From an uncultured bacterium (GTDB lineage: Bacteria; Planctomycetota; UBA1135; GCA-002686595), in assembly GCA_943787795.1 (NCBI GenBank), contig CALSNU010000004.1, forward strand, positions 128,001 through 192,000: DNA of 64,000 nucleotides, written 5' to 3'. Positions 1-10,705 of the stretch are shown piece after piece. How positions within the stretch are numbered: the first letter of the stretch is position 1; each line of letters starts with the position of its first letter. Under the pieces are notes generated by a model. The model saw only the letters and a list, made by a program, of their open reading frames with translations, made no database searches and was not told where the DNA came from. The position numbers and the translations under genes were made by a program.

Positions 1-723
1 CCGCCCCATGCGCCCCAGGGGCACGTCCTTCATGGCCAAGGCCAAGGCCTCCTCCTGACTGATCCCCATGGCGTTCGCCATGCCATCGATTCCCTCCCTG
101 GCCATGTCCGTGTCGACCCACCCCGGAGCCACAGCGTTGACCTGCACATGCAGCGGTGCGAGCTCGGCGGCCATGGCGCGCACGAGGCCGCTCACGCCCG
201 CCTTGGAGGCGCAATACCCGGAGTAGCCCGCGACGCCAATGCGCGCGAGAATCGACGACACGGCCAGCAGGTGCCGCCGTGGCCCCGCCCCGTGGGCGTC
301 GGGGGCCTCTGGCGACAGGTGCTCCAACGCGGCTCGAAAGAACCGGTAGGTCCCGCCGAGGTTGGTGCTCACGAGGTCGTCGAAGCGGTCTTCTGCGCCC
401 TCTTCCTGGAAGCACGGGCCGTTCGGCCCGCCGATTCCAGCGTTCGAGATCGCCACGTCCACGGGCCCGAACGCCTCGACGGCGCTGGCCATGGCGGACC
501 GCACGGACTCGCCGTCGCGAACATCACAGGCGTGGGACGCCAGGGCTCCAGGCCCATCGCCCAGGGCCATGGTCGCATCGAGCGCGCTGACCCTGCGGCC
601 GAGCAGTGACACCCGGGCCCCGTCCGCGGCGAAGCGGAGCGCGATGGCCCGCCCGATCCCCGAGCCGGCGCCGGTCAGGACCACGTGCCGACCGGGGCCG
701 GGCGCTGCTCCAGGTCCGCTCAA
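1..723 (-). CDS. SDR family NAD(P)-dependent oxidoreductase (3' end runs off window)
   Basis: Manual translation of the minus strand from TTG at 723: TGAGSGIG Rossmann motif, SNAG, catalytic YCASK, VNAVAPGWVDT; no stop before the window edge. Confidence 0.9.
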   Translation of the reverse strand, partial: MSGPGAAPGPGRHVVLTGAGSGIGRAIALRFAADGARVSLLGRRVSALDATMALGDGPGALASHACDVRDGESVRSAMASAVEAFGPVDVAISNAGIGGPNGPCFQEEGAEDRFDDLVSTNLGGTYRFFRAALEHLSPEAPDAHGAGPRRHLLAVSSILARIGVAGYSGYCASKAGVSGLVRAMAAELAPLHVQVNAVAPGWVDTDMAREGIDGMANAMGISQEEALALAMKDVPLGRMGR

Positions 724-727
724 CGGA

Positions 728-1684
728 TCAGGAGGCCGCGGCCTCGGCGGGCGCGTGCGACTGGTTCTCGAGCCAGCGCTCCGCGTCAATGGCGGCCATG
801 CACCCCGAGCCAGCGGCGGTGATCGCCTGTCGATAGGTGTGGTCCATCAGGTCCCCGCAGGCGAAGATGCCCTCGACCGAGGTGTGCGTTCCGTCGTGCA
901 CGAGGACGTAGCCGTTCTCGTCCGTGTCGAGCTGATCCTTGAAGTACTGGGAGTTCGGCACGTGGCCGATCGCGACGAAGACCCCGTCCGTGGCGAACTC
1001 CTTCTTCTCACCGGTGCGGGTGTCCTCGAGGATGACCGCGCGGACCTTGCCGTCGTCACCCGCGATGATGTCGTTCACCGCCTGGTGGAGCTCCCACTCG
1101 ATCTTCGGGTTGGCTCGGGCCCGGTCGAGCATGATCTGCGACGACCGGAACTCCTCCCGCCGGTGGACCACGGTGACCTTGGAGGCGAAGCGGGTGAGGT
1201 AGTTGGCCTCCTCCATGGCGGAGTCCCCTCCCCCGACCACGATGATCTCCTTGTCGGGGAAGAAGGCGCCGTCACAGGTCGCGCACGCCGAGACGCCCAT
1301 GCCCATCAGCTTGGACTCGTTCTCCAGCCCGAGCAGGCGAGCCGAGGCGCCGGTCGAGAGGATGATGGAGTTGGCCTTGAACTCGCCGAAGTCGCTCTTG
1401 ATCGTGAACGGCCGCTGAGAAAAGTCGAACTCGACGATCTCCTCGAACTTGATCTCGGTCCCGAAGCGCTCGGCCTGGGCCTTGAACTGCTCCATCATCT
1501 CAGGCCCCATGACACCGTCGGGGTAGCCCGGGAAGTTCTCGACGTCGGTGGTGATGGTCAGCTGGCCCCCAGGCTGCATGCCCTGGAAGAGCACGGGCTT
1601 GAGGTTGGCGCGCGCGGCGTAGATGGCGGCGGTGTATCCGGCAGGGCCGGACCCGATGATGATGACGTCGTGGACTTCGCTCAT
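728..1684 (-). CDS. trxB: Thioredoxin-disulfide reductase
   Basis: [27 protein letters not shown] redox motif, [18 protein letters not shown]; start placed at ATG 1684. Confidence 0.96.
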   Translation of the reverse strand: MSEVHDVIIIGSGPAGYTAAIYAARANLKPVLFQGMQPGGQLTITTDVENFPGYPDGVMGPEMMEQFKAQAERFGTEIKFEEIVEFDFSQRPFTIKSDFGEFKANSIILSTGASARLLGLENESKLMGMGVSACATCDGAFFPDKEIIVVGGGDSAMEEANYLTRFASKVTVVHRREEFRSSQIMLDRARANPKIEWELHQAVNDIIAGDDGKVRAVILEDTRTGEKKEFATDGVFVAIGHVPNSQYFKDQLDTDENGYVLVHDGTHTSVEGIFACGDLMDHTYRQAITAAGSGCMAAIDAERWLENQSHAPAEAAAS

Positions 1685-1862
1685 GGTTTGCAGCCGAACG
1701 GATTGCCGGCGGAGGGTGAGGTGCGGGCGGGGCCGCGGGGGACGGTCGCGCGGGCACTTCGGTTCGGTCGGAGTGTAGGACCGCCAGCCCGGGGCACAAG
1801 GACCGCCTCGGTCCCACCGCTCCAGGCTGGGAGTTCCATGATGGCCGTCATAGGCTCGGGGA

Positions 1863-2903
1863 ATGACGGGAAGCCTCCAATCGACCGGCGACGACTGGTC
1901 AGCCGCCATCTCCGAGCTGTGTCGGGACATTCGTCGACCCGTTCGTGCCGGGCTCGCCGAGGTCGCGGCGGGGCGCGCCTCCCTGGACTCGGTCGCCGAG
2001 GCGGTCAGCGTCGGCGCCGGGGACGTGACCTTCGCCATCGACGTGGTGGCAGAGGACGAGGTCACCCGGTGGCTCCACGAGGAAGGCTCGAAGCGGCCGG
2101 TCTCCCTCTTGACCGAGGACGCCGGATGGCGGCACATGGGGCCCGGTCCCGACGGGGCGGCGGTCGCGCTGCCGGGATTTGATCACGGGGGACCGCGGAT
2201 CGCCCTCGACCCGATCGACGGGACCCGCAACATCATGCACGACCTCCGGTCCGCCTGGATCGTGGTCTCCATGGCCGGGCCAGGCACAGGGGCGCCACGC
2301 TTCGCCGATCTCGAGCTCGGCGTGCTATCAGAGATCCCCGACACTCGCGCCAAAGTGGCGCGTGAACTCACGGCACGCCCCGGCGGCGGCGCGTCGGTCG
2401 TGGACCTCGACCTCCAGAGCGGCGACGCGTCGGGGCAGCGCGCAGTGGTGGCGGACGAGTCTCGACGTCTCGACGGTGGCTACTTCCCGTTCTTTGGGTT
2501 CCACCCGGCGCTCCGCCCCCACGCTCAGCGGCTCGCCGCTGACGTGTCCCGTCGGGTCGCCGAGGCGCACGGCGCGGACCCGTCCACGATGTTCGACGAC
2601 CAGTACATCTCGAGTGGTGGGCAGCTCGCGCTGCTCGCGCTGGGCCGCTATCGATCCATCGTCGATGCCCGCGGCGCGATCGGAGATCGGGTGGGTGATC
2701 CGAGGCAGACCTGCAAGCCGTACGACATGGCGGGCGCTGCGCTCATCGCCCAGGAGGCGGGCTGCGTGGTGGTGCGCCTCGACGGAGCCCCCCTCGACTT
2801 CGAGCTGGATACAAAGACGACCGTCGACTTCGCGGGCTTCCATAACCCAGGGACCGCCGGCGCGATCCTCCCGGTTCTCGGAAGCGCCCTCGAGGCGCTC
2901 TAG
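1863..2903 (+). CDS. Inositol monophosphatase/FIG superfamily protein
   Basis: DPIDGT metal-binding motif, [19 protein letters not shown]. Confidence 0.8.
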   Translation: MTGSLQSTGDDWSAAISELCRDIRRPVRAGLAEVAAGRASLDSVAEAVSVGAGDVTFAIDVVAEDEVTRWLHEEGSKRPVSLLTEDAGWRHMGPGPDGAAVALPGFDHGGPRIALDPIDGTRNIMHDLRSAWIVVSMAGPGTGAPRFADLELGVLSEIPDTRAKVARELTARPGGGASVVDLDLQSGDASGQRAVVADESRRLDGGYFPFFGFHPALRPHAQRLAADVSRRVAEAHGADPSTMFDDQYISSGGQLALLALGRYRSIVDARGAIGDRVGDPRQTCKPYDMAGAALIAQEAGCVVVRLDGAPLDFELDTKTTVDFAGFHNPGTAGAILPVLGSALEAL

Positions 2904-2907
2904 CCCG

Positions 2908-4059
2908 TCAGAGGTTCGCCTGCTCGGCGACGACGGAGGCCAGTACCCGCACCCGCTGGGCCATGGCTCCGAAGTTGAGGACCTGTGGGATATCTGCCCC
3001 CGTGCGGATCTCCGGCATTCGCTGCGCGCCGGTGTCCGAGATCACCAGGGCGGTGATGGACGCGTCGCGGAACGGAGCCTCATCGGCGAGGGGTACACCA
3101 GGAGCCCAGGAGGGCAGCGCGAATCCTCGGGCCGGGAGGTCGGAATGGCGGCTCCAGCTCGCAAGCAGATCCTCGGTGGCCCCACGCTCCCCGAGACCAC
3201 CGTGCACAGCGACCCAATCGCCCACATCGGGGACCGCCAGGTTCCAGGGGAAGTTCACCTGGTGGGAGCCCTCGACGTCGGACCAGCTCCCGAAGCTCGA
3301 GAGGAGCAGGGCCAGCTCGATCTCCCCCCCGTCAGGCAGGTACTCGGTGCGGCCCTCCTCGCTGGCAAATTGCTCCAGCCACGCTGCTGCCCCGGCCTTC
3401 GGCTTCCCGTGGTTGGGCCGCTCCCCGTTGTCGAAGAAGCAGAACAGCACGGTGCGCTGCAGAGCCTTCCCGCGGAGCTCCCCGGCGATGCCCTCGAGGG
3501 CTGCCACGGCGCTGGCCGAGGCGTTGGCACACGGGCTCCGCCCGAGCGAGTCAAAGTGGGCCCCCACGAGAACGGCGCCCGGTGCTGGACCGGGTAGCAC
3601 CCCGATGAAGTTGCGACCCGAGACCGACTCGACGGTGTAGTCCTGCTCGACCAGGCGGAGCCCCGCCCCGAGGATCGCTCCCCGGATGAAGTCCTCGAGC
3701 ACATCCTGACGCGGCGAATAGCGCGAGGTGCGGCGCCCGACATCGGCGCACTGGAACATCACGCTGCGTCGCAGGGACTCGGCGAGTGCGCCTCCCGCCG
3801 CGGCGTCGTCCGATCCCATGGCCCCCCCGACAGATCCCCCGGCCTGCCCGACCGGCTCGAGCCCAACCGTGTGAACCACCCCGCCCACGGTCAACGCCAC
3901 CAGAGACGCGGCTGTGATCAAGGGGCCGAACCGCCGACGTACCGGGCCGCGCAGGGAACCATGCGCGCTCGCCTTCCGGGCCTTCGACCCATGGGGCTCC
4001 GCCGACCGGCCGGAGGCGGTCTGCTGCATGGCGCGCTGGCGAGCGCTCGAGTACGGCAT
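2908..4059 (-). CDS. M28 peptidase-like membrane-anchored protein with degenerate metal ligands
   Basis: N-terminal TM helix; VLVGAHFDS and RTVLFCFFD match the M28 fold but ligand positions are altered; start uncertain (ATG 4059 or 4029). Confidence 0.7.
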   Translation of the reverse strand: MPYSSARQRAMQQTASGRSAEPHGSKARKASAHGSLRGPVRRRFGPLITAASLVALTVGGVVHTVGLEPVGQAGGSVGGAMGSDDAAAGGALAESLRRSVMFQCADVGRRTSRYSPRQDVLEDFIRGAILGAGLRLVEQDYTVESVSGRNFIGVLPGPAPGAVLVGAHFDSLGRSPCANASASAVAALEGIAGELRGKALQRTVLFCFFDNGERPNHGKPKAGAAAWLEQFASEEGRTEYLPDGGEIELALLLSSFGSWSDVEGSHQVNFPWNLAVPDVGDWVAVHGGLGERGATEDLLASWSRHSDLPARGFALPSWAPGVPLADEAPFRDASITALVISDTGAQRMPEIRTGADIPQVLNFGAMAQRVRVLASVVAEQANL

Positions 4060-4421
4060 CCGCTCTCCCGCCTCGCCATGAGGCGGCCTGTCTTGCTGGG
4101 ATCCCCACATGGCTGGCGCCCGCGCGACGACCTGGCCAACGAGAGGCTGGCAGGGAATCGGTTGGCAGGGAGGTCCTCGACCGTTGCCCACCGATCGTGG
4201 AGACGTATCACGCGAACATCCTCGCCTGTCTCCTCTTGGGCCCCCAGGCGGGAGTGGCGGCGGCACACGCAGCCCCAGCCCGCAGCCCGCGAGGCGTCGC
4301 GGGTCGTCAGGGACAAGGGTCGTACCCCGCGGTCTTGATTCCGCGGGGTCTACTACGCGGGGTCAATCCCGCGGGGTCTCCCCCGCTGCGCACTCCCAGC
4401 CGCGGCTCACCCGGAGCCCTG

Positions 4422-4469
4422 GAGGCTCAGAACAAGAGAGGCTCAGAACAAGGGAGGCTCAGAACGAGA
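4422..4469. repeat. 16-bp tandem repeat x3 (GAGGCTCAGAACAAGR)
   Basis: Read directly; third copy contains the stop codon of the 4459-4968 gene. Confidence 0.85.
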
Positions 4470-4968
4470 AGGTCGACGGGGGCGGCGCCGCAGGCACGTA
4501 AGTGCTCAGCTGCTGAAAGAACTCCTCGTAGAACGCCGAGGGCACCGTGTCGAAGCTGGCTTCGATCGGTCCCACAGAATTCCCTTGGATGTTCTCCGCC
4601 TCAAGCTCCACGAGCGTGCGCGGGGCACGCTTGTGCATGTCCACTTGACGGACCTGGACCCCGACACGGAGCCAGGTGCGCCGAAGGAGCTCCCCCTCGG
4701 ATGCCCCCCCCGGTGCGCCAGCAGCCATGCCGCGATGGGCGATGATGTACGTTCGATCCTCGGCGTCTGGATAGACCTCGAAGCCCTGGTCTCGGAGAGA
4801 GGCGATCACGGCCGGCCGGACATCTTCTGAGGTCCCGACAAAGGTGCGCGCCTTGAAGCCCCGATAGGCCTCGTAGGACGTCCCGAACGGCGGCGGCGCG
4901 GTGGCGCACGACGCGAAGAACGGGAGGCCGAGGACCGCCAATGAGAAGAGTGTCAGGTTGCGATTCAT
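4459..4968 (-). CDS. Hypothetical lipoprotein
   Basis: MNRNLTLFSLAVLGLPFFASC: signal peptide with lipobox-like FASC; normal globular composition. Confidence 0.7.
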   Translation of the reverse strand: MNRNLTLFSLAVLGLPFFASCATAPPPFGTSYEAYRGFKARTFVGTSEDVRPAVIASLRDQGFEVYPDAEDRTYIIAHRGMAAGAPGGASEGELLRRTWLRVGVQVRQVDMHKRAPRTLVELEAENIQGNSVGPIEASFDTVPSAFYEEFFQQLSTYVPAAPPPSTFSF

Positions 4969-5029
4969 GTGCGGTTCCTCCGCAGAGCATCCTTGCGATC
5001 GCAGAGCCCGAATGGAAGTGTCGGATCGA

Positions 5030-6328
5030 ATGAACGGTGCAGACTCCCAGAAGGCTGAGAAGATTCCCGGCCCGGACCCGGCGCCGGACACCCCAACGAG
5101 CGAAGCGAGGGCGGCCGGAACGGACGTCGACGTCCTGGTCATCGGCGGCGGTATCCAGGGTGCTGGCGCCGCCCAGGCCGCTGCCGCAGCCGGCTTCAAG
5201 GTCGCTCTCCTGGAGCGACGTGAGGCGGCGATCGGGACCTCCAGCCGCTCCAGCAAGCTCATCCACGGGGGCCTGCGCTACCTGGAGAGCTACCAGTTCA
5301 GCCTCGTGCGAGAGTCGCTCGCCGAACGCCAGACGCTCCTTCAGATCGCGCCCCACCTGGTCCGCCTGGTCCCCTTCCATGTCCCGGTCTACCGGGACAC
5401 TCGTCGCAGCCCGCTGACGATCCGAGCGGGTCTCAGCCTCTATGCCGCCCTGGGGAACCTGAGGCGCTCAGCCCGCTTCGAAGCGCTGCCTCGCCGCCAG
5501 TGGGACGGGCTCGACGGGCTCCAGACCGACGGCCTGCGGGCCGTCTTCCGATATCAGGATGGCCAGACGGACGACGCGGCTCTCTGCCGGGCGGTGCTGG
5601 CCTCCGCCGTTGACCTTGGCGCCCTCGTGGAGGTCGGGGCGGAGGTCCACCGGATCGAGCGGCCGGACGGGGCGAGCCGGTGGCAGGTCCGCTACGGGAA
5701 CAACGGGGAGGAATCATCCCTCCATGCCCGTGTGGTCATCAACGCGGCGGGCCCCTGGGTCAACCGGGTCGCTGCCCTTGCGACACCAGGACCCCCGATC
5801 CGAGAGATCGACCTCGTCGGAGGCACTCACATCGAGCTCCCAGGGGAGCTCAAGCGTGGCATCTACTACACCGAGGCGCCCTCGGATCAACGGGCCGTGT
5901 TCTCCATCCCCTGGCGCGGGCACGTCATGGTCGGGACGACGGAGACTCCCTTCACCGGGGATCCCGCCACCGTCGCTCCGACGGAGGATGAGATTGACTA
6001 TCTCCTCGCGGTCCATCGCCGCTACTTCCCCGACAGCCTCGGAGAGGTGTCGGCGGCCTGGGCCGGGCTGCGGGTGCTGCCGCGAGCGAGCGGCTCCGCC
6101 TTCAGCCGCCCGCGAGACGTGACGCTCGTGACCGAGTCGCCCGAGCGCCCCAGCTGGGTGAGCGTCTACGGGGGCAAGCTCACCGGGTACAGGCACACAG
6201 CAGAGCGCATCCTCCGCCGCATCACCCCGACCCTTGGGTCGGGCGAGCGTGTCGGTACGGGGCGGCGCATCGCCGACACACGGACCCTGAGGCTCCCGGA
6301 CCTCGAACGCATCAGGGTCTGGGACTGA
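5030..6328 (+). CDS. glpD: FAD-dependent glycerol-3-phosphate dehydrogenase/oxidase family
   Basis: VIGGGIQG, GTSSRSSKLIHGGLRYLE, INAAGPWV, GGKLTGYR; start uncertain (5012 or 5030). Confidence 0.85.
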   Translation: MNGADSQKAEKIPGPDPAPDTPTSEARAAGTDVDVLVIGGGIQGAGAAQAAAAAGFKVALLERREAAIGTSSRSSKLIHGGLRYLESYQFSLVRESLAERQTLLQIAPHLVRLVPFHVPVYRDTRRSPLTIRAGLSLYAALGNLRRSARFEALPRRQWDGLDGLQTDGLRAVFRYQDGQTDDAALCRAVLASAVDLGALVEVGAEVHRIERPDGASRWQVRYGNNGEESSLHARVVINAAGPWVNRVAALATPGPPIREIDLVGGTHIELPGELKRGIYYTEAPSDQRAVFSIPWRGHVMVGTTETPFTGDPATVAPTEDEIDYLLAVHRRYFPDSLGEVSAAWAGLRVLPRASGSAFSRPRDVTLVTESPERPSWVSVYGGKLTGYRHTAERILRRITPTLGSGERVGTGRRIADTRTLRLPDLERIRVWD

Positions 6329-6339
6329 CCGGCCGCAGT

Positions 6340-6387
6340 CTCCGTCCACGCCTCCGTCCGCGCCTCCGTCCGCGCCTCCGTCCGCGC
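6340..6387. repeat. 12-bp tandem repeat x4 (CTCCGTCCGCGC)
   Basis: Read directly, just after the glpD stop. Confidence 0.85.
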
Positions 6388-6524
6388 CCACACCTCCGCA
6401 GGCCACCCGACTCGCGCGGCCTCGGAGCAACGAGCCAGCCGCCCGGTGAACCGACGCACGGCGCGCACCGTTCGGCCCCGCTGGAGCCCGACGGACAAGC
6501 ACCGCAACACCGCTCCAAGACCCA

Positions 6525-6566
6525 CCCTCAGGGGCCCGCCCTCAGCGGCCCGCCCTCAGGGGCCCA
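6525..6566. repeat. 14-bp tandem repeat x3 (CCCTCAGGGGCCCG)
   Basis: Read directly in the convergent glpD/ferredoxin intergenic region. Confidence 0.8.
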
Positions 6567-6664
6567 CCCGCCCGGACGCTGCCCTATCGGGCAGCCCAGG
6601 CGATTGAGCAGATCAGGCCTTCGAGTCGATCAGCGGCTGCGGACCAGGTCTCGACCGGGGTCGA

Positions 6665-6949
6665 TCAGACCTCGGCGGCGCGAAGGGTCACGTCGCAGTT
6701 GACCACCATCTGGCAGCCAAGGCGCGCGCCCTCTTCGTCCGTGGCCATCTCCACAGTCTCGGCCTCCTCATCCCCCACCGGGGCGAGACCCTCCCCGCCC
6801 TCCGTGACCACCAGGGCACAGGTGCCGCAGCTGCCGACGGTGCAACCGAAGTCGTGCGGGAGGTCGTTCTCCTGGCAGAAATCGAGGAAGCGAGTCCCGT
6901 CGGGGACCTCGTGGGACTCACCGGTGGAGGCGAATGTGATCTTGGGCAT
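6665..6949 (-). CDS. 2Fe-2S ferredoxin
   Basis: CTVGSCGTC ... RLGCQ cysteine pattern; 94 aa. Confidence 0.9.
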   Translation of the reverse strand: MPKITFASTGESHEVPDGTRFLDFCQENDLPHDFGCTVGSCGTCALVVTEGGEGLAPVGDEEAETVEMATDEEGARLGCQMVVNCDVTLRAAEV

Positions 6950-7090
6950 CGATTGAGTTCCCGGGTGGAGCGCCGCCGACATTGACGACGCGATTCAAAA
7001 TCAGGAAGGCCGACCGGCTGACGCGTCGGCGGGGGACATGATGAGACCCCAGGGCTGCCAAGAGAACCCGGCGGCCCGCGAATTCATCCG

Positions 7091-7825
7091 ATGCTGCTCT
7101 CTCCCCCTCCCCCGCCCGCGGACTTCGCCGGCGAGCCCGAGCGCCCGCCGCGGCCCTCGCTCGGGACCGGCGCGCAGCTCTGGCTGGTCCGGCACGGTCG
7201 GGTGACCGCGCCGGATACCGCCTATGGCGACGCCGATGTCCCCCTCTCCGAGGAGGGCCTCCATCAGACCGAAGCGGTGGCGGGGTCCCTCGCGCCACAG
7301 CGCCCACGCGGCGTCCTGTCCTCGCCCCTCCAGCGAGCCCGGCGGCTGGGCGAGGCTGTGGCCCGCGCCTCCTCCGCGCCGCTCCAGATCACCGACCGAC
7401 TGAAGGAGCTCCACCGCGGTCAGTGGCAAGGGGTGGCTCGAACCGAGTACGCGGACCGATGGGCCAGGGAGCGGGACGCCTACTGGAGCGCCCCGTTGAC
7501 CTGGCGTGGCCACGGGGGCGAGTCCGAGGAGCAGCTGGTCACGAGGGCCTGGCCAGCCCTCATCGAGGCAGCGCAGATGGCCGCGGGCGCCGTGGCCGTG
7601 GTCACCGCTCACCGCCAGGTCATCCGCGCTCTGACGGCCGCTGCCATTGGCATCAGCCCCGGCGCGAGCCACAGGATGGACCTCGAGCCAGCCCACGGGA
7701 TCCTGCTCCGGGACGCCGTCGGCGGGTGGATCCTGGAGCGGACGAACGCGCCCTCTCCCGGCGCGCCCCACGCCGCCGAGCCCCTCGATGGCCCGCCCGA
7801 GGACGTGGTCACGCAGCTGCGCTGA
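7091..7825 (+). CDS. Histidine phosphatase (phosphoglycerate mutase) family protein
   Basis: LVRHG, SSPLQRA, LKE..G.WQG, GGES, VTAH motifs. Confidence 0.88.
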   Translation: MLLSPPPPPADFAGEPERPPRPSLGTGAQLWLVRHGRVTAPDTAYGDADVPLSEEGLHQTEAVAGSLAPQRPRGVLSSPLQRARRLGEAVARASSAPLQITDRLKELHRGQWQGVARTEYADRWARERDAYWSAPLTWRGHGGESEEQLVTRAWPALIEAAQMAAGAVAVVTAHRQVIRALTAAAIGISPGASHRMDLEPAHGILLRDAVGGWILERTNAPSPGAPHAAEPLDGPPEDVVTQLR

Positions 7826-8018
7826 TCGGCGACTCCTCGGCGATGGCCCGCAGCGCAGCCCGGGCTCCAACGCCAGCCAGGGCCCCCGCAGCTTGCCGCC
7901 CGGCGCTCTGCCGCGCGGAAGGAGCTCCGTCGCGCGCCGGACGCGTTCGGGTTCCGGCTCTGGATCCGGGGTCCGGGGTCCGTGCTCAGGTCGGGGTGCG
8001 TGATCGGAAGCCAGGCGG

Positions 8019-9749
8019 TCAGTCGCTGACTGGACCGTCCGAATCCCGGGGCTCCTCAAGGCCCTGCATGAGGCGCAGCTCCTGGATCCGCTCGCCGTTG
8101 TCCACTCCGATGCCGAAGTGAAGCGCTCGGCGCTCCAGCTCGATCAGCTCCTCCCACCTTGTCCAGAGGTCGTCAACTTCCCCCGTCTTGTCCTCGAATT
8201 CAGGGACGCCGGACCAGGATCGGCGCGCGGCCACCGCTGCGAGCTCAGGGTGGTAGGCCACCGTCCTCGAGGTCGCCTCGACCAAACCGAAGCCTGGCAC
8301 CAGCGACGGGCGAACCGGGAGACGCCGCCGCACAGGCGCGCGGTCGCCCTCGAGCAGCGGACGGAGAGACGTGCCGAGGAGCGGCCGGTCCACCCCGACC
8401 CCCAGGAGGTCGACCAGCGTCGGTGCGACGTCGATGGACCCCACCAACGCGTCGATCCGCGGGACCGGCGGCGCGCCTTCGGCTCCCCAGCCGAGAGCCT
8501 CCCGGAAGGCCTGGGACGGTCGAATGAGGAGGGGGACGTGGAGGTCGGCATCCTCCGCAAGCCCGGCGCGAAGGTAGACGCCGTGCTCGCCCATCGAGGT
8601 CCCGAAGCTCCCCATCAGGATCACCGTCAGGTTGTGCTTGCGACCGAAGTCCTCCACGGACGAGAGGATCCTCGCCACGCTGGCGTCCACCGCACGGATC
8701 GCCCGGTCGTAGCGCAGCTCATACTCCGCCAAGGTCACCGATTGCCCGCGGCTCGCGCGCGACGGCGGCAGGGTATGGAAGGCCCGCTCGGCCAGGCCAA
8801 GCGGCGGGACAAACGCGAGCTCGGGGCGCCCGCGCCACTCCGCCACAGCCTCGTCGACGCCTCGAAGCCGCGACTTCTTGCTCTGGGATGTCCAGGCTCG
8901 CTCGAGGTCATGCATCTGGAGGTAGGCGAACCAGTCCTCGTCGAGCTCACGCTCGTTGACCCATTGAATGAAGCGGCGCCCCACGCCTACCGCGCCCTCC
9001 TGGCGCACCTGATCGCCTGGCTCACCGCGGTGCTCGACGAAGTCACGGAAGCCGCGGTCGAAGCCGCGCAGCTCCGCAATCATCGGGTGGTCCACGAAGG
9101 CGGCGGTGCTCCAACCTTGCCCCAGGAAGTGGCGCCCGAGGAGGTTGAGGTCGGCGGGCAAGAACCAGCGGGTCTCCTGCTCCGAACCAATGTCACGGGC
9201 TGGGAAGTCGGCCCCCCCGAGCGGCGGAGGGATCGCGATGCCCGGATCGTCCCCCGAGAGGATCGCGACGTGTGAGCCGACAAGCGTGGGCGTCACGCCC
9301 CATGCGTTCTCGAAGACCACGCTCTCCTGCGCGAAACGGTTGATCGCTGGCGTGGTATTCCGGTCGTAGCCGGCGAGGGAGGTGTGGTCCCAGCGAAGGC
9401 CATCGATGGCGATCACCAGGACGCCCTGCCCCGTGACCTCGACCTCACCAGACCGGACGCGCTCGAGGGAATTCACGTCGTCGGCACACGATGAGAGACC
9501 CACGACCGTCGCGATCGCCGCCAGCGCTGCCCGGCCGACCCGGTGCCCGCCGGGCTGCGCACACTGTTGGCCACATCGCTGGCCACTTAGCTGGCCACGC
9601 TTCCGGAGGCCCGGCTGCCGAATCAGCTGGTGAATCCGCTGGGAAAACAGCTGGCGGGTCATTGTGGCGAAGACGCTCATGGGCAAGGTGCGCAGAGCGA
9701 AGCCCGTGCGCGCCCCGCGAGAGTATCGGAGGCGCCGGGGCTCCGTCAC
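8019..9749 (-). CDS. Sulfatase/alkaline-phosphatase-fold lipoprotein-like protein
   Basis: VLVIAIDGLRWDH, GFDRGF, LHVPLLIR, IDVAPTLVDLLG; LSSC lipobox-like; GTG overlaps the upstream stop, true start may be later. Confidence 0.8.
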   Translation of the reverse strand: MTEPRRLRYSRGARTGFALRTLPMSVFATMTRQLFSQRIHQLIRQPGLRKRGQLSGQRCGQQCAQPGGHRVGRAALAAIATVVGLSSCADDVNSLERVRSGEVEVTGQGVLVIAIDGLRWDHTSLAGYDRNTTPAINRFAQESVVFENAWGVTPTLVGSHVAILSGDDPGIAIPPPLGGADFPARDIGSEQETRWFLPADLNLLGRHFLGQGWSTAAFVDHPMIAELRGFDRGFRDFVEHRGEPGDQVRQEGAVGVGRRFIQWVNERELDEDWFAYLQMHDLERAWTSQSKKSRLRGVDEAVAEWRGRPELAFVPPLGLAERAFHTLPPSRASRGQSVTLAEYELRYDRAIRAVDASVARILSSVEDFGRKHNLTVILMGSFGTSMGEHGVYLRAGLAEDADLHVPLLIRPSQAFREALGWGAEGAPPVPRIDALVGSIDVAPTLVDLLGVGVDRPLLGTSLRPLLEGDRAPVRRRLPVRPSLVPGFGLVEATSRTVAYHPELAAVAARRSWSGVPEFEDKTGEVDDLWTRWEELIELERRALHFGIGVDNGERIQELRLMQGLEEPRDSDGPVSD

Positions 9750-10705
9750 AAGCGAAGCTCGAAGAGGGCCTCAGAGGGGACCCAGCGGGCCTCGCCGCCA
9801 ACCCGGACCTTGGTCCAGCCCGGGAGCTCGTCGAGATAGCTGACCACCTCGCCCGCCGGAAGGGAGCCCACCCGCTCGGCACCGGCCTCGGGAGCCGCTC
9901 GGAGCTGGACACCCGAGGGATCGATGACCATGAATGGTTCCGAGCCACGCTCTGACAGGTGGAGCGCCAACGGAGCAAAGAAGACCGGCTGTGAAACAGC
10001 CACCAGCACCAGCCATCGACGCGCCCAGCGGCCACCCCGCAGGGCCTCCAGCAGCCCAGCGCCCGCGAAGAGGAGGGCCCCGAGGAGCGCCAGCCATTCC
10101 GACTCCCCGGGGGTCAAGGCCCCCGCTGCGGCCTCCAGTGACTCCAGCAGCCCATCCCCTGTTCGCGGTCCGAGCCCAGCCTCGGCCCGGGCGAGGTCCA
10201 GGTTGTAGCGGGCATCTCCCAGGCCCGGAGCGGCTCTCAGGGCCGCCTCGAACCAGGCGACAGAGCGCATGGCCTCCCCCCTCGCAGCCTCGCTCACGCC
10301 CAGGTTGTAGGCCAGGCGCGCGCGCTCCTTGAGCGGAGCCCCCGCTGCTCCGGCCTCGTCGAGCGCGGCCATCCACGCAGCCACGGCGCCGTCACGGTCG
10401 CCGGCGCGCCAAAGAGCGCTACCTCGATCGGCCCCGGCCTCCGCACGCACATCCGGACCCGGGACCGCCTCCTCCAGGCCCTGCGACGCCCCCGCAGGCG
10501 CGGCGACGAGCGCACGCCCTGAGCCCGCGGCTGAGCCTGCACCTGGGGCCACAGCTGGGGCCACAGCTGGGGCCCCAGCAGGAGCCACAGCAGGAGCCAC
10601 AGCCGGGGCCGCAGCCGGGGCCGCCGCCAGGCCGCTCGAGAGCAGCCAGCACCCCACGATCCAGCCCACCGCCGCGGCGGCTCTTCCTGCCACATTCCCT
10701 CCCAT
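9746..10705 (-). CDS. BatE-like TPR + SH3 domain protein
   Basis: YNLG...A..WFEAALRAAP...ARYNL TPR, two TM helices, C-terminal SH3b-like (LRAAP...GW.KV...WVP); last bat-like gene. Confidence 0.8.
   Translation of the reverse strand: MGGNVAGRAAAAVGWIVGCWLLSSGLAAAPAAAPAVAPAVAPAGAPAVAPAVAPGAGSAAGSGRALVAAPAGASQGLEEAVPGPDVRAEAGADRGSALWRAGDRDGAVAAWMAALDEAGAAGAPLKERARLAYNLGVSEAARGEAMRSVAWFEAALRAAPGLGDARYNLDLARAEAGLGPRTGDGLLESLEAAAGALTPGESEWLALLGALLFAGAGLLEALRGGRWARRWLVLVAVSQPVFFAPLALHLSERGSEPFMVIDPSGVQLRAAPEAGAERVGSLPAGEVVSYLDELPGWTKVRVGGEARWVPSEALFELRL

Noticed and set aside
362..2182. Long antisense ORFs opposite trxB and, similarly, opposite nqr, icd and the DUF1553 gene
   Set aside because: Codon-aligned antisense shadows of well-supported genes in a high-GC genome
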